Shown here piece after piece: positions 20,889-30,131 of a DNA stretch of 64,000 bases (its first letter is position 1; each line of letters opens with the position of its first letter). The notes below the pieces were generated by a model, which was not told the DNA's origin, did not search any database, and worked only from the letters and a program-made list of their open reading frames with translations. A program made the translations under genes and the position numbers. The DNA is from an uncultured Chloroflexia bacterium (lineage in GTDB: Bacteria > Chloroflexota > Limnocylindria > Limnocylindrales > CSP1-4), in assembly GCA_963752475.1 (NCBI GenBank), contig CAVVYR010000029.1, forward strand, positions 178,689 to 242,688, read 5' to 3'.

Positions 20889-21284
20889 TCAGTCGTCGAG
20901 CCGCTCGACCGGGCTCGGCGCCCGCATCCACCACTCACGGAAGTCGCAGCAACGGCCGTCATCGTCGAAGCGGCAGACGAAGATGTTGCTGAAGTCCTCG
21001 CGTCCCGCCTCGCGAAAGTAACGCGTGGAGCCCACGCCCACACAGACCTGGCCCTCGATGGCGAGGGGCTCGTACGCGGCCTCCCAATCGAGCTCGGGCT
21101 CGTATGCGGCTTCCAGCCAGTCCTTGACCACGGCCTCACGACCATCGACGACCGACTGTCCACCGGTCTGGCTGTAGGTCACGTCCTCGCTGAAGAGGTC
21201 ACCGATCTCGTCTGCATCGCCGCTACGCCAGGCCGCGATGTAGCGGTCCAGCCAGCTCGCGAAGTCGTCGCGCGTCAGGGTCAT
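20889..21284 (-). CDS. SnoaL-like / NTF2-like protein
   Basis: Y..AW..GD...IGDLFSEDV.Y and F.N.F...FD.DGRC..FREW pattern; AAGGAG RBS. Confidence 0.8.
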   Translation of the reverse strand: MTLTRDDFASWLDRYIAAWRSGDADEIGDLFSEDVTYSQTGGQSVVDGREAVVKDWLEAAYEPELDWEAAYEPLAIEGQVCVGVGSTRYFREAGREDFSNIFVCRFDDDGRCCDFREWWMRAPSPVERLDD

Positions 21285-21285
21285 G

Positions 21286-22788
21286 TCACTCCTTGGTGGG
21301 CAGGTCGGCGGCCTGCGCAGTGGCGGCCTTGAGGCGGTCGAGCGTGGTCGCATAGCCGATGGCGACCATGACGTCGAACAGCGGCGGGGTGGCCTTGCGC
21401 CCGGTGATGGCCACGCGGATGGCCATGAACAGGTCGCCCACCTTCCAACCATGCTCCTCGCACAGCGCTCGCAACGGTGCCTCCAGCCCCTCAGCCGTGA
21501 AGCCGTCGAAGCCCAGCTCCTCGATGACGCGGGCCGACTCGGCCAGTCCGCTCGCGGTCGTAGCCGGATCCCAGCGCTTCGGCACGAGGATGGCCGGATC
21601 TACGCTGAGGTCCTCGATGAAGACGAAGTCGAGCATGGGCCCGATGGCGTCGAGGCGCGGCAGGCGCTCGATGACCATGGGCAGCAGCGGCGCCACATCA
21701 GTCGCGGTGGGGATGCGCACTCGGTGTCCCTCTGCCTCCGCGGCCTGCACGGCGCTCACGAGGAACGGCAGGGCGCGCTCGACCACGTCATCCGTCGGCA
21801 ATCGGCGGATCCACTGCCCGTTGAGCCACTCGAGGCGCTCGGCATCGAAGATCGCGCCTGACGGCTGGACACGGGCCAGATCGAAGCGCGACTCCAGGTC
21901 CTCGAGGCTGAAGAGGTCCTCGTCCTCGCCGCTGTTCCAACCGAGTAGTGCGAGGTGGTTGACGATGGCTTCCTTTATGTAGCCTTGCTCACGATAGATG
22001 TCAATCGCGGTCTGGCTCTTGCGCTTGGACATCTTGGAACGGTCGGGGTTGAGGATCAGCGGCAGGTGCGCGAACACCGGCGGCTCCGCGCCCAGGGCCC
22101 GGAACAGCAGCACGTGCTTGGGCGTATTGGAGAGGTGGTCTTCGCCGCGGATGACGTGCGTGATGCCCATGGCCATGTCGTCGACGACGACCACGAAGTG
22201 GTAGAGCGGGCTCCCGTCCGAGCGAGCGATGACGAGGTCGCCGCCGAGCTGGGCGGTGTCGATGCTGACGTGGCCACGCACGAGGTCGTCGAACTCGACC
22301 GTGCCCTCACCGATGCGGAAGCGGGTCACCGACTCGCGGCCCTCGGCGCGTTTGGCCTCGCGCTGGGCCTCGGTCAGGTCGGCGCAGCGGCCGATGTAGC
22401 CGGAGAGGTCGGGGTCGGCTTCCTTATCCGCCGCGCGCTCTTCGGCCGTGCAGAAGCAGGGGTAGGCCTTGTCCTCGGACAGCAGGCGCTCGATGGCATC
22501 GGCGTACAGCGCACCGCGCTCGGACTGTCGATACGGACCGACATCCCCGCTCGCTGGGCGGCCGGCAAACTCGGGGCCCTCGTCCCACTCGAGGCCCAGC
22601 CAGTGCAAGCCGTCGAGGATATCCCGCTCGAACTCGACCGTCGAGCGGACCTTGTCCGTGTCCTCCAGCCGCAGCACGAACGTGCCGCCGGTCTGGCGTG
22701 CGAACAGGTAGTTGAAGAGGGCGGTCCGGGCCGTGCCGATGTGCAGGGGGCCGGTGGGGCTGGGCGCGATTCGGCAGCGCGTGGTCAT
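21286..22788 (-). CDS. gltX: Glutamate--tRNA ligase
   Basis: RIAPSPTG.LHIG, LRLEDTD, YRQSER, HVIRGEDH, KMSKR. Confidence 0.97.
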   Translation of the reverse strand: MTTRCRIAPSPTGPLHIGTARTALFNYLFARQTGGTFVLRLEDTDKVRSTVEFERDILDGLHWLGLEWDEGPEFAGRPASGDVGPYRQSERGALYADAIERLLSEDKAYPCFCTAEERAADKEADPDLSGYIGRCADLTEAQREAKRAEGRESVTRFRIGEGTVEFDDLVRGHVSIDTAQLGGDLVIARSDGSPLYHFVVVVDDMAMGITHVIRGEDHLSNTPKHVLLFRALGAEPPVFAHLPLILNPDRSKMSKRKSQTAIDIYREQGYIKEAIVNHLALLGWNSGEDEDLFSLEDLESRFDLARVQPSGAIFDAERLEWLNGQWIRRLPTDDVVERALPFLVSAVQAAEAEGHRVRIPTATDVAPLLPMVIERLPRLDAIGPMLDFVFIEDLSVDPAILVPKRWDPATTASGLAESARVIEELGFDGFTAEGLEAPLRALCEEHGWKVGDLFMAIRVAITGRKATPPLFDVMVAIGYATTLDRLKAATAQAADLPTKE

Positions 22789-23414
22789 GATCCGGGGTTC
22801 TCCTCTTCTTCGGCCGCGACCTTGCGTGCCTCGGCACCGGTCACTACCTGTGTCCCACGGTAGCGCCACACGCCCCGCGATGGAAGGTCATCGGTCCCGC
22901 GTCGGAAGTGCCGCCTGGCCGCCGCTGACCAGGCCGCACCACTCGACCGGTCGAAGACGTCGAAGTCGTCCGCTCGATCATCGTCGGGCTGTGCCTTCGA
23001 TGGTGCCTGGGGACGTGATCGCGAGCCGGGGCGGAAGTCCTCCCACCAGGGCACGTGCTCCGCCGACCAGGTCCGCGATCGTGGCGTCGACGAACGGGCA
23101 CGCCGCCGGAAGCGGGTGGAGCGCGGCCGTCGAGGCTTGGCCTCGGCGTCGGCCCCGGTCGTTCGCCGCCGGTTGCCCGCGGCTCGCACGGGCCCTGGGG
23201 CATGGACCCGATCCCACTCGCGGCGCCGGGCCGGATCGGAGAGCAGCTGGTAGGCCTCCTGCACCGCCAGGAACCGGATGTCGTCCCCGGAGCTGCCGTC
23301 CGGGTGGTACCGCTTGGCCAGCCGGCGGTGGGCGGCCTTGATCTGCTCGGGCGTGGCACCACGCAGGACGCCGAGCACGCGATAGGGGTCGAGAACCGGC
23401 TTGACGCGGGCCAT
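22785..23414 (-). CDS. J-domain (DnaJ-like) protein with Arg-rich tail
   Basis: DPYRVLGV, IKAAHRRLAKRYHPD, EAYQLLSDP.RR; ATGA overlap with gltX. Confidence 0.85.
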   Translation of the reverse strand: MARVKPVLDPYRVLGVLRGATPEQIKAAHRRLAKRYHPDGSSGDDIRFLAVQEAYQLLSDPARRREWDRVHAPGPVRAAGNRRRTTGADAEAKPRRPRSTRFRRRARSSTPRSRTWSAEHVPWWEDFRPGSRSRPQAPSKAQPDDDRADDFDVFDRSSGAAWSAAARRHFRRGTDDLPSRGVWRYRGTQVVTGAEARKVAAEEEENPGS

Positions 23415-23436
23415 GGGTGGTTGCTCGTTAGCCTCG

Positions 23437-24615
23437 CTAGCCGTCCTGCTCCCGCCCGACCAGATCGAAGCTGGGCACGGCGGTGGCTGCCTCTTCCCCG
23501 TTGGGCGCGAAGGCGGTGGGGTGGTGATAGCCCGCGAGCATGCGCAGGTCACGCTCATCGAACAAGCCGATCTGGGCCAGGACCTCCACCGAGGTGGCCT
23601 TGACGGCCCGACGTGACTGGTCCCCGTCCTCGATCTTGATGGCGATGCCACCAGCCTCGGTGCCCGCACCGGCGATCAGGCCGATGGCGCGGATGCCGTC
23701 TGCACCGGCCTTGGCCACCAGTCGTCCGGGGCGTCGACGCATGAGCTCCGTATCGAGGTTGTCGTAGGTGCCGCCGACCATCTCCGGCGAGCCGATCATG
23801 GCGTCGCGCACGCGCAGCAGCGCCGGCGCCGATCCAGCCTGTTCGTCTTCGACCGTGGGCCCCTCGGGATCGGCCAGCATGAGGTAGGCCCGAGCCATCT
23901 CCAGCAGCGAGATCTCATACGTCAGCAGGCCGCAGTTGTCGGTCGCGACCTTCAACCCGTCGGGGTCTCGTGCCAGCAGGCGGGCGACCGTGTCGCGTAC
24001 GGCCACTTGGCTGGGGTGCCTGGAATCGGCATAGTCGCCCACCGACCAGCCGGCGTAGGCGCTCATCAGGATCGATGCGGCGTGGAAGCCGGAGCACCCG
24101 TGGCGGACCGCCCCGGGCGTCTCACCGTCGCGCGCGAGGCGGGCCGCGGTCTGGACATCAGCCGGAGCGCCATCCGTGCCGCACTGCAGCAGGGCCTGGG
24201 TCACGCTGGCACGGCGGAAGATGGCCTGCAGCGTGCGGACGTGCTTGTCCTCGCCGGTATGCGAGGCGCACATGATGGCCAGCTCGGACGCCGTCAGCTT
24301 GAGATCGTCAGCGGCGCCGGATTCGATGAGGGCCACGACGCCGAAGGGCTTCACCGTCGAGCGCATCATGACCTCGGTGGCTGGAGCACCGACCGCGTGG
24401 AGCACCTTGCCCTGGGCATCGACCTGCACGATGTGACCGCGGTGGCGGCTCTCCACGGTCGAGCCGCGGCGGACCTCCACGAGCACCGGCGGCGCCGAAC
24501 CCTTGCGCGTTCGAGAGCTGCGCTTGCGCTTGCGGGGGGTGGCGGCCTCGGTTGCTTCTTCGGGCTCTGCAGCCGCGTCACTGCTGTCGCCCGGGAGGGC
24601 CGGTTGTTCAAGCAC
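23437..24615 (-). CDS. Asparaginase II (Rhizobium etli-type) family protein
   Basis: VESRHRG, RSTVKPF, CASHTGE, CSGxH, D.CG, KAGADG, KIEDG; start supported by TACCAT 6 nt upstream. Confidence 0.85.
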   Translation of the reverse strand: MLEQPALPGDSSDAAAEPEEATEAATPRKRKRSSRTRKGSAPPVLVEVRRGSTVESRHRGHIVQVDAQGKVLHAVGAPATEVMMRSTVKPFGVVALIESGAADDLKLTASELAIMCASHTGEDKHVRTLQAIFRRASVTQALLQCGTDGAPADVQTAARLARDGETPGAVRHGCSGFHAASILMSAYAGWSVGDYADSRHPSQVAVRDTVARLLARDPDGLKVATDNCGLLTYEISLLEMARAYLMLADPEGPTVEDEQAGSAPALLRVRDAMIGSPEMVGGTYDNLDTELMRRRPGRLVAKAGADGIRAIGLIAGAGTEAGGIAIKIEDGDQSRRAVKATSVEVLAQIGLFDERDLRMLAGYHHPTAFAPNGEEAATAVPSFDLVGREQDG

Positions 24616-24705
24616 GACCCGATGGTATCGCGGGTGCGCCCGGCCGGTGTCGGGCGTGGGCCGTAGAATCGGGACTCGCCACCCTGACGCAGCCGGAGGC
24701 GGTCC

Positions 24706-25344
24706 GTGCCCGACCAGCCCAACCTCTTCGTATCGAAGCATCCCGCGGTGCTCCACAAACTCGCGCTCCTGCGCGACGAGCGCACCGAGCCCAAGAAGTT
24801 CCGCGAGCTGGTCCGTGAGATCAGCTGGCTCGTGGGCTACGAAGCGCTCGCCGACACGCCCCTCAACGAGTTCGAGGTCAACACGCCGTTAGAGGTGACC
24901 ACCGGTCACGCGCTGGCCGAGCGCATCGGGCTTGTGCCCATCCTGCGCGCGGGCCTGGGCATGGTCGGCGCCTTCCTCGAGCTCTTCCCCGAGTCACAGG
25001 TCTGGCACCTCGGCCTCTTCCGCGACGAGCGCACGCTGCGACCTGTCGAGTACTACAACAAGCTGCCCGACCAGACCACGGTCGACACCTGCCTCATCCT
25101 CGATCCCATGCTGGCCACCGGCGGCTCCGCCACCGCGGCCATCGAGGTGCTCAAGGAGTGGGGCGCGAAGCGCATCAAGATGGTCAACCTCATCGCCGCC
25201 CCCGAGGGTGTGGCCGCGGTCGCCGAGGCCCACCCCGACGTGGCCATGTACTGCGCCGCGCTCGATCGCCAGCTCAACGAGAAGGGCTACATCCAGCCTG
25301 GTCTCGGTGACGCCGGCGACCGCCAGTTCGGTACCGGCCTCTAG
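24706..25344 (+). CDS. upp: Uracil phosphoribosyltransferase
   Basis: [35 protein letters not shown]. Confidence 0.97.
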   Translation: MPDQPNLFVSKHPAVLHKLALLRDERTEPKKFRELVREISWLVGYEALADTPLNEFEVNTPLEVTTGHALAERIGLVPILRAGLGMVGAFLELFPESQVWHLGLFRDERTLRPVEYYNKLPDQTTVDTCLILDPMLATGGSATAAIEVLKEWGAKRIKMVNLIAAPEGVAAVAEAHPDVAMYCAALDRQLNEKGYIQPGLGDAGDRQFGTGL

Positions 25345-25369
25345 CGATCCCGACGAGGCGGCGACACAC

Positions 25370-26320
25370 ATGACCCGCGATCCGCGTCCCGCGCTGCTCT
25401 GCATCACGCCGGCACCGGCCATCGACCGGACCGCGCACGTCGAGCGCATCGAGCATGACGAGGTGCTTCGTCCCCGCGAGATGTTCGTGCTGCCCGGTGG
25501 CAAGGGCGTCAACGCTGCTCGAGCCGCCGTGGCCCTTGGCGGACGGGCCGTCACCACCGGCATCGCCGGCGGACACTCCGGCCGCTGGATCGTGGAGTCG
25601 CTGTCCGAGGAGGGCCTCGAGCCGCATTGGTCATTCGCCAAGGCAGAGGCCCGAACGGCCTACGTGGTCGTCGATGAGACCGGCGAGTTCGTGCTCGTCT
25701 ACGAACGCGCCACGCCGGCCACGCTGGGTGAGTACGAGGCCTTCCTGCGGCTGCTCGAGGAGCGGTTGCTGCCGGCATCCGCCCGCGCCATCGTCGCGGG
25801 CTCCATCCCCTCGGGTCTGCCGCCGGGCAGCCATGGCGCCATCGTCGAGGCCGCCCGTCGAGCCGGCGTACCGCTGCTTGTGGATGCCTCCGCCGCAGGG
25901 CTGCTGTCGGCGCTCGAGGCGGGTCCGGACGTGGTCAAGGTCGGTCGCATCGAGGTCGTGGAGGCCGGGATCGTCGGCACCGAGGCCTCGGCTGCTGACG
26001 CCGCGATGGCACTCGTCGATGGCGGCGCCCGGCTGGGCATCGTGACCGATGGGGCACGGGAGGTGGCCGCCGCAGCTGCCGAGACCGTATGGCGCCTGGG
26101 CGTGCCTCGGATCGAGGTGGTCAACCCGGTGGGCTCGGGTGACAGCTTCAATGCCGCCTTCTCTCTGGCGCTGATGGATGGCGCCGAGCTCACCACCGCC
26201 CTGGTGAAGGGTGTCGCCGCCGGCACCGCCAATGCCTTGACCAAGAGCGCCGGCTCGCCGGACCCGCAGACCGCCGCCGCGTTCGAGGATGGTGTGACCG
26301 TCAGCACGGAGCAGAGGTAG
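25370..26320 (+). CDS. PfkB family carbohydrate kinase (1-phosphofructokinase-like)
   Basis: PAIDR, PGGKGVNAA, NPVGSGDSF. Confidence 0.9.
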   Translation: MTRDPRPALLCITPAPAIDRTAHVERIEHDEVLRPREMFVLPGGKGVNAARAAVALGGRAVTTGIAGGHSGRWIVESLSEEGLEPHWSFAKAEARTAYVVVDETGEFVLVYERATPATLGEYEAFLRLLEERLLPASARAIVAGSIPSGLPPGSHGAIVEAARRAGVPLLVDASAAGLLSALEAGPDVVKVGRIEVVEAGIVGTEASAADAAMALVDGGARLGIVTDGAREVAAAAAETVWRLGVPRIEVVNPVGSGDSFNAAFSLALMDGAELTTALVKGVAAGTANALTKSAGSPDPQTAAAFEDGVTVSTEQR

Positions 26321-26327
26321 CCCAGAC

Positions 26328-27131
26328 ATGGACCGATTGATCGGCCGGGGAATCATCGTCACCGGCGCCACCGGCATCGCGGCCGCCTCGGCGCGCCGGT
26401 TCGCGGCCGAGGGTGCGACCGTGGCCGTCATCTCGCGCACGGCGTCCTCGTGCGAGGCGCTGGCCGAGGAGATCAGCGCGTCCGGCGGCCGGGCCTACGC
26501 CTTCAGCGCCGACCTCATCGACGTTCCTGCCGCGATCGGGGCGGTCCAGGCCGCGATCGGGGCGCTGGGGCGCGTGGACGGGCTCTTCAACGTGGCCGGT
26601 GGCTCCGGACGACGGATGGGCGACGGACCCCTGCACGAGCTCACGACCGAGGCGTACGAAGCCACCATGCGGTTGAACGCCACGACCCACGTGACCGTCA
26701 GCGCGCCCGTGCTGCGGGCGATGATGGCGCAGGAGCCCGATGGTGACGGCTCACGTGGCGCCATCGTCAACATGGGCTCTGTGCTCGCCACACAGCCGGT
26801 CCCGGAGCTCTTCGCCACCCACGCCTATGCCACGTCGAAGGGGGCCGTGGCGGCTCTCACCACCACCAGCGCGGCCTACTACGCGCCGCGTGGCATCCGT
26901 ATCAACATGGTCGCGCCGGCGCTGACGATCTCGCGCATGTCGGAGCGCGCGCAGGCGGACGCAGCCACGCAGGACTTCTCCACACGGAAGCAGCCCCTCG
27001 CGGGCGGCTTCATCGCGGCCGAGGACGTGGCCGAGGCCGCGCTCTACCTGCTCTCGGCCGAATCGCGGGCCGTGACCGGACAGACGATCACCATCGACGG
27101 CGGCTGGTCGGTGCTCCCCATCGGCGAGTAG
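26328..27131 (+). CDS. SDR family oxidoreductase
   Basis: TG..GI Rossmann motif, NVAG, YATSK, VTGQTITIDGG. Confidence 0.9.
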   Translation: MDRLIGRGIIVTGATGIAAASARRFAAEGATVAVISRTASSCEALAEEISASGGRAYAFSADLIDVPAAIGAVQAAIGALGRVDGLFNVAGGSGRRMGDGPLHELTTEAYEATMRLNATTHVTVSAPVLRAMMAQEPDGDGSRGAIVNMGSVLATQPVPELFATHAYATSKGAVAALTTTSAAYYAPRGIRINMVAPALTISRMSERAQADAATQDFSTRKQPLAGGFIAAEDVAEAALYLLSAESRAVTGQTITIDGGWSVLPIGE

Positions 27132-27280
27132 GCAGCGGCGGCGAGTGAGCACGCCAGCGGCGAGTGGTCGTGCTCCCCATCGGCGAGTCGGCAGCGCCAG
27201 CGGGGCGCGACACTGCTGGAGCGACGAGTGGTCGGTGCCACCGGCGAGTAGGCAGCGCCAGCGGCGAGTGGGCGTGGGCA
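27105..27280. repeat. Degenerate ~20-bp tandem array (core CGGCGAGT), starting in the SDR 3' end
   Basis: Recurring (G/C)CGGCGAGTAGGCAGCGCCA-like units; GTGCTCCCCATCGGCGAGT occurs twice. Confidence 0.7.
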
Positions 27281-27281
27281 C

Positions 27282-27566
27282 GTGTCGCCTCAGTCGACGT
27301 TGGGCTGACACCGCCGGGCAGACTACTGTCCTCGGTGGCCGGATGTAGTCCGACGTCGCCCCCAGCGACGCTATCTGCTGATCCAGCTGGTTCCTGTGGA
27401 CTCTTGTCGCCTCAGTCGACGGTAGGCCAACGCGGCCACCCGAATCACCGTGCCTGAAGCCTCCAAAGCTCGCAGCTATGCCCATCTACGCTCCAGATCG
27501 ACGGCCGACAGGCTTGGCGGTGACTACGAGCAGGTCTACCGTCGACTCCAGCGACGGGTGTCCACA
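27282..27566 (+). repeat. Two related imperfect inverted-repeat hairpins (REPIN/MITE-like)
   Basis: 34-nt arms 27395-27428 / 27533-27566; shorter copy 27282-27303 / 27350-27371; TGTCGCCTCAGTCGACG identical at 27283 and 27405. Confidence 0.65.
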
Positions 27567-27574
27567 AGGGCGAC

Positions 27575-27845
27575 GCCCAGCACGCGCCTACCCGACGCCT
27601 GGCACACGCCCACCGATGCCTGGCACACGCCCACCGATGCCTGGCACACGCCCACCGACGCCTGGCACACGCCCACCGACGCCTGGCATACGCCCACCGA
27701 TGCCCGGCACACGCCCACCGAGCCCGGCACACGCCCACCGACGCCCAGCACACGCCCACCCGGTTCTTGGCAGGCGCTCGACGAAGCGCGCCTACCCAAC
27801 GCCTTGGCACGCGCCTACCCGACGCTCGTGCCCACTCGACGCCTC
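27575..27845. repeat. 21-bp tandem repeat GCCTGGCACACGCCCACCGA(C/T)
   Basis: About eight near-identical units at 27597-27760 plus degenerate flanking copies. Confidence 0.9.
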
Positions 27846-27960
27846 CGGCCTCCGGTGGACGCCGATGCCCCGCCCCCGGCCTTCGGCGGTCGCCGGTCCT
27901 AAGCCATCCGCCACGAGCGACACACGAGCTCGGACCACCCGGCAGGCCAGCGGCATGGCG

Positions 27961-27988
27961 AAGGGCCGGCCCAGAAGGACCGGCCCTT
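27961..27988. terminator. Stem-loop downstream of the ABC operon
   Basis: AAGGGCCGG ... CCGGCCCTT inverted repeat between convergent genes. Confidence 0.55.
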
Positions 27989-28028
27989 GCCGTTCAAGCT
28001 TGGTGCGACCCGAGGCCGCCGGTAGCGA

Positions 28029-29126
28029 CTACTCGCCGCCGGGGGTCACCTCGACCTCGCCCTTGACGTAGTCGAGACCGAAGAGGTCGACATCGTCACC
28101 GACGAGCGCCCAGGCTGCCTCGGTGAGGTCGCTGCGCTGCTCATCTCCACCCGGAGCCTCGCTGATGAGGCCCGCGTCGAGCATGATCTCGATGGTCGTG
28201 TCGTAGGTGTCCTGTGGCAGCGAACCGATGCCGTCGGGAGACGGCCAGATGAGCGCGTTGATCTCGTTCATCATCCAGCGCTGGTGGCCCAGACCAAGGG
28301 TCGAGCCGGCGTCGACGGTGAACTGCACGCACTCCTCGGGGTTGTCGCGGCAGAAGGCCCAGCCCTTGAACACGCCGGCCAGGAACCTGGTCGCGATGTC
28401 CTCATTGCCCTCCTCCGCGAGCCAGCTGGCACGCGCGTGGACGGCGTCCTGGAGCATGGCCGTGCCGACCTCGTTGTAGTCGATGACCACGAGATCTTCG
28501 GGCTGGTACAGCTCACCGGTGTCGGGGTTCACCGTCTCGAGCACCTGCGCGTACTCGTTGTAGGTCATGGCCTCGGCTGCGTCGACCTCGCGGTTCAGGA
28601 GCAGCGACATGTCGAACGGCTGGATGACCTTCTCGAAGTCCTCGCCCGGCTCCAGGCCTGCCGCCCGCGCCGCCGCGGTCACCTCGAACTCGTTGCCGAA
28701 GTCCCAGACGCCGATCTTCTTGCCGGCGAACTCCTCGGGAGAGTTGACAGGAGCGTCGGCCCACGAGACCGAGAGCGTGCCCGAGCGCTGGAAGGTCTGG
28801 CCGATGTTGACCAGGTCCGAGCCCTCGTCGCGGACAGCCAGCACGCGCGGCACCCATGAGACGGCGAACTCGGGACCGGTCGGCAGGGAGCCCTCGACCT
28901 GCGGCGCGACGTCGGGACCACCGTCGACGATGGTGACGTCCAGGCCCTGCTCCTCCCAGAAGCCGAGTGCGTCAGCCGCGTAGTAGCCGGCGAACTGCGC
29001 CTGCGGCACCCACTGGAGTACGACGCTCGCCGGCGTGAGGTCCTGTGCGGCGGCGCTGCCGATCGATGATGCGGCCAATAGACCTGCGGCTCCGATGGAG
29101 ACGCCGACGTTCCGAGTCCTGCTCAT
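28029..29126 (-). CDS. ABC transporter substrate-binding protein, NMT1/THI5-like
   Basis: Signal peptide, LQWVPQAQFAGYYAA, AMTYNEY, FLAG..KGW. Confidence 0.9.
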   Translation of the reverse strand: MSRTRNVGVSIGAAGLLAASSIGSAAAQDLTPASVVLQWVPQAQFAGYYAADALGFWEEQGLDVTIVDGGPDVAPQVEGSLPTGPEFAVSWVPRVLAVRDEGSDLVNIGQTFQRSGTLSVSWADAPVNSPEEFAGKKIGVWDFGNEFEVTAAARAAGLEPGEDFEKVIQPFDMSLLLNREVDAAEAMTYNEYAQVLETVNPDTGELYQPEDLVVIDYNEVGTAMLQDAVHARASWLAEEGNEDIATRFLAGVFKGWAFCRDNPEECVQFTVDAGSTLGLGHQRWMMNEINALIWPSPDGIGSLPQDTYDTTIEIMLDAGLISEAPGGDEQRSDLTEAAWALVGDDVDLFGLDYVKGEVEVTPGGE

Positions 29127-29309
29127 TCGCCCACCTCTGCTACGGGTACACCCCTGACCCGCTATTCGGGCCGATGCCGGGTGCCCTCCTCGATTGGAAG
29201 GTGGAACCATAGCGCACAAACACGCAGTTATCGAGTGGGTATTGGGCTGCAGTCGGGTTGCATCGGCTCGGCCCACGGTTGCGTTCTCAAGCTCGTTTCG
29301 GGGCGTCCC

Positions 29310-30131
29310 CTACTCGGGCTCGTCGTGGATGTGCCAGTACCAGGGGATCACAACACGCTCGATGAGCGTCACCGCGACGTAGGACAGGATGGCCGCGATC
29401 GCGCCGAGCAGGATGGCGGCCCAGGCCACGTCGAACTTGCCGCTGCTGATGGACTGCAGCACGACGCGCCCGAGCACGTTCGAGGTGCCGCCGAAGAACT
29501 CGCCCACGATGGCGCCGATGAAGGCCAGCGTGGTGCCCACCTTCAGGGCCGTGAAGAAGAACGGCAGCATGTGTGGCACGCGCAGCTTGCGCATGACGGT
29601 GGTCTCGTCGGCCGCGTACGAGCGCATCAGCTCCAGCTTCGCCGGCCCGACCTCGACAAGGCCGCGGGTGACGTTGATGACGATGGGGAAGAAGACCAGC
29701 AGCGCCGCCATCATCATCTTGGACAACGGGTTGAGCACGCCGAACCAGTTGTTGAGGATGGGCGCGACAGCGATGATCGGGATGGTCGAGGCGCCGATGG
29801 CCAGTGGCAGCAGGATGTCTCGGGCGATGGCCCAGCGCGAGGTCAGGAAGCCCACGATGAGCCCGGCCGCGGTGCCGATGACGAGGCCGCCGAGGGCTTC
29901 GAAGATGGTGGCCAAGGCCGAGGTCGAAAGCAGCTCCCACTCCTCGAAGAGAGCTGTCCAGATGGCCGATGGCGTGGGGATGGGGTTGAAGAAGCCGCCG
30001 TCCGCGTAGTAGATCTCCCAGGCGATGAGCACGCCGATGAAGACCAGGACCGGCGGCGCCCAGTTGCGCAGTGCCTCGCTCAACGCGGGCGGCACGACGG
30101 AGCGGCCAGGCTGGCTCGCGGACGCGGTCAT
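29310..30131 (-). CDS. ABC transporter permease (SsuC/TauC-like)
   Basis: P.PSAI, IPIIAVAP, FFPI, ELMRSYAA, GAIVGEF. Confidence 0.9.
   Translation of the reverse strand: MTASASQPGRSVVPPALSEALRNWAPPVLVFIGVLIAWEIYYADGGFFNPIPTPSAIWTALFEEWELLSTSALATIFEALGGLVIGTAAGLIVGFLTSRWAIARDILLPLAIGASTIPIIAVAPILNNWFGVLNPLSKMMMAALLVFFPIVINVTRGLVEVGPAKLELMRSYAADETTVMRKLRVPHMLPFFFTALKVGTTLAFIGAIVGEFFGGTSNVLGRVVLQSISSGKFDVAWAAILLGAIAAILSYVAVTLIERVVIPWYWHIHDEPE

Noticed and set aside
27575-27845. Possible CRISPR array or TPTDAWH repeat protein
   Set aside because: Units are contiguous with no unique spacers, no cas genes are present, and 20/22-bp units break the reading frame
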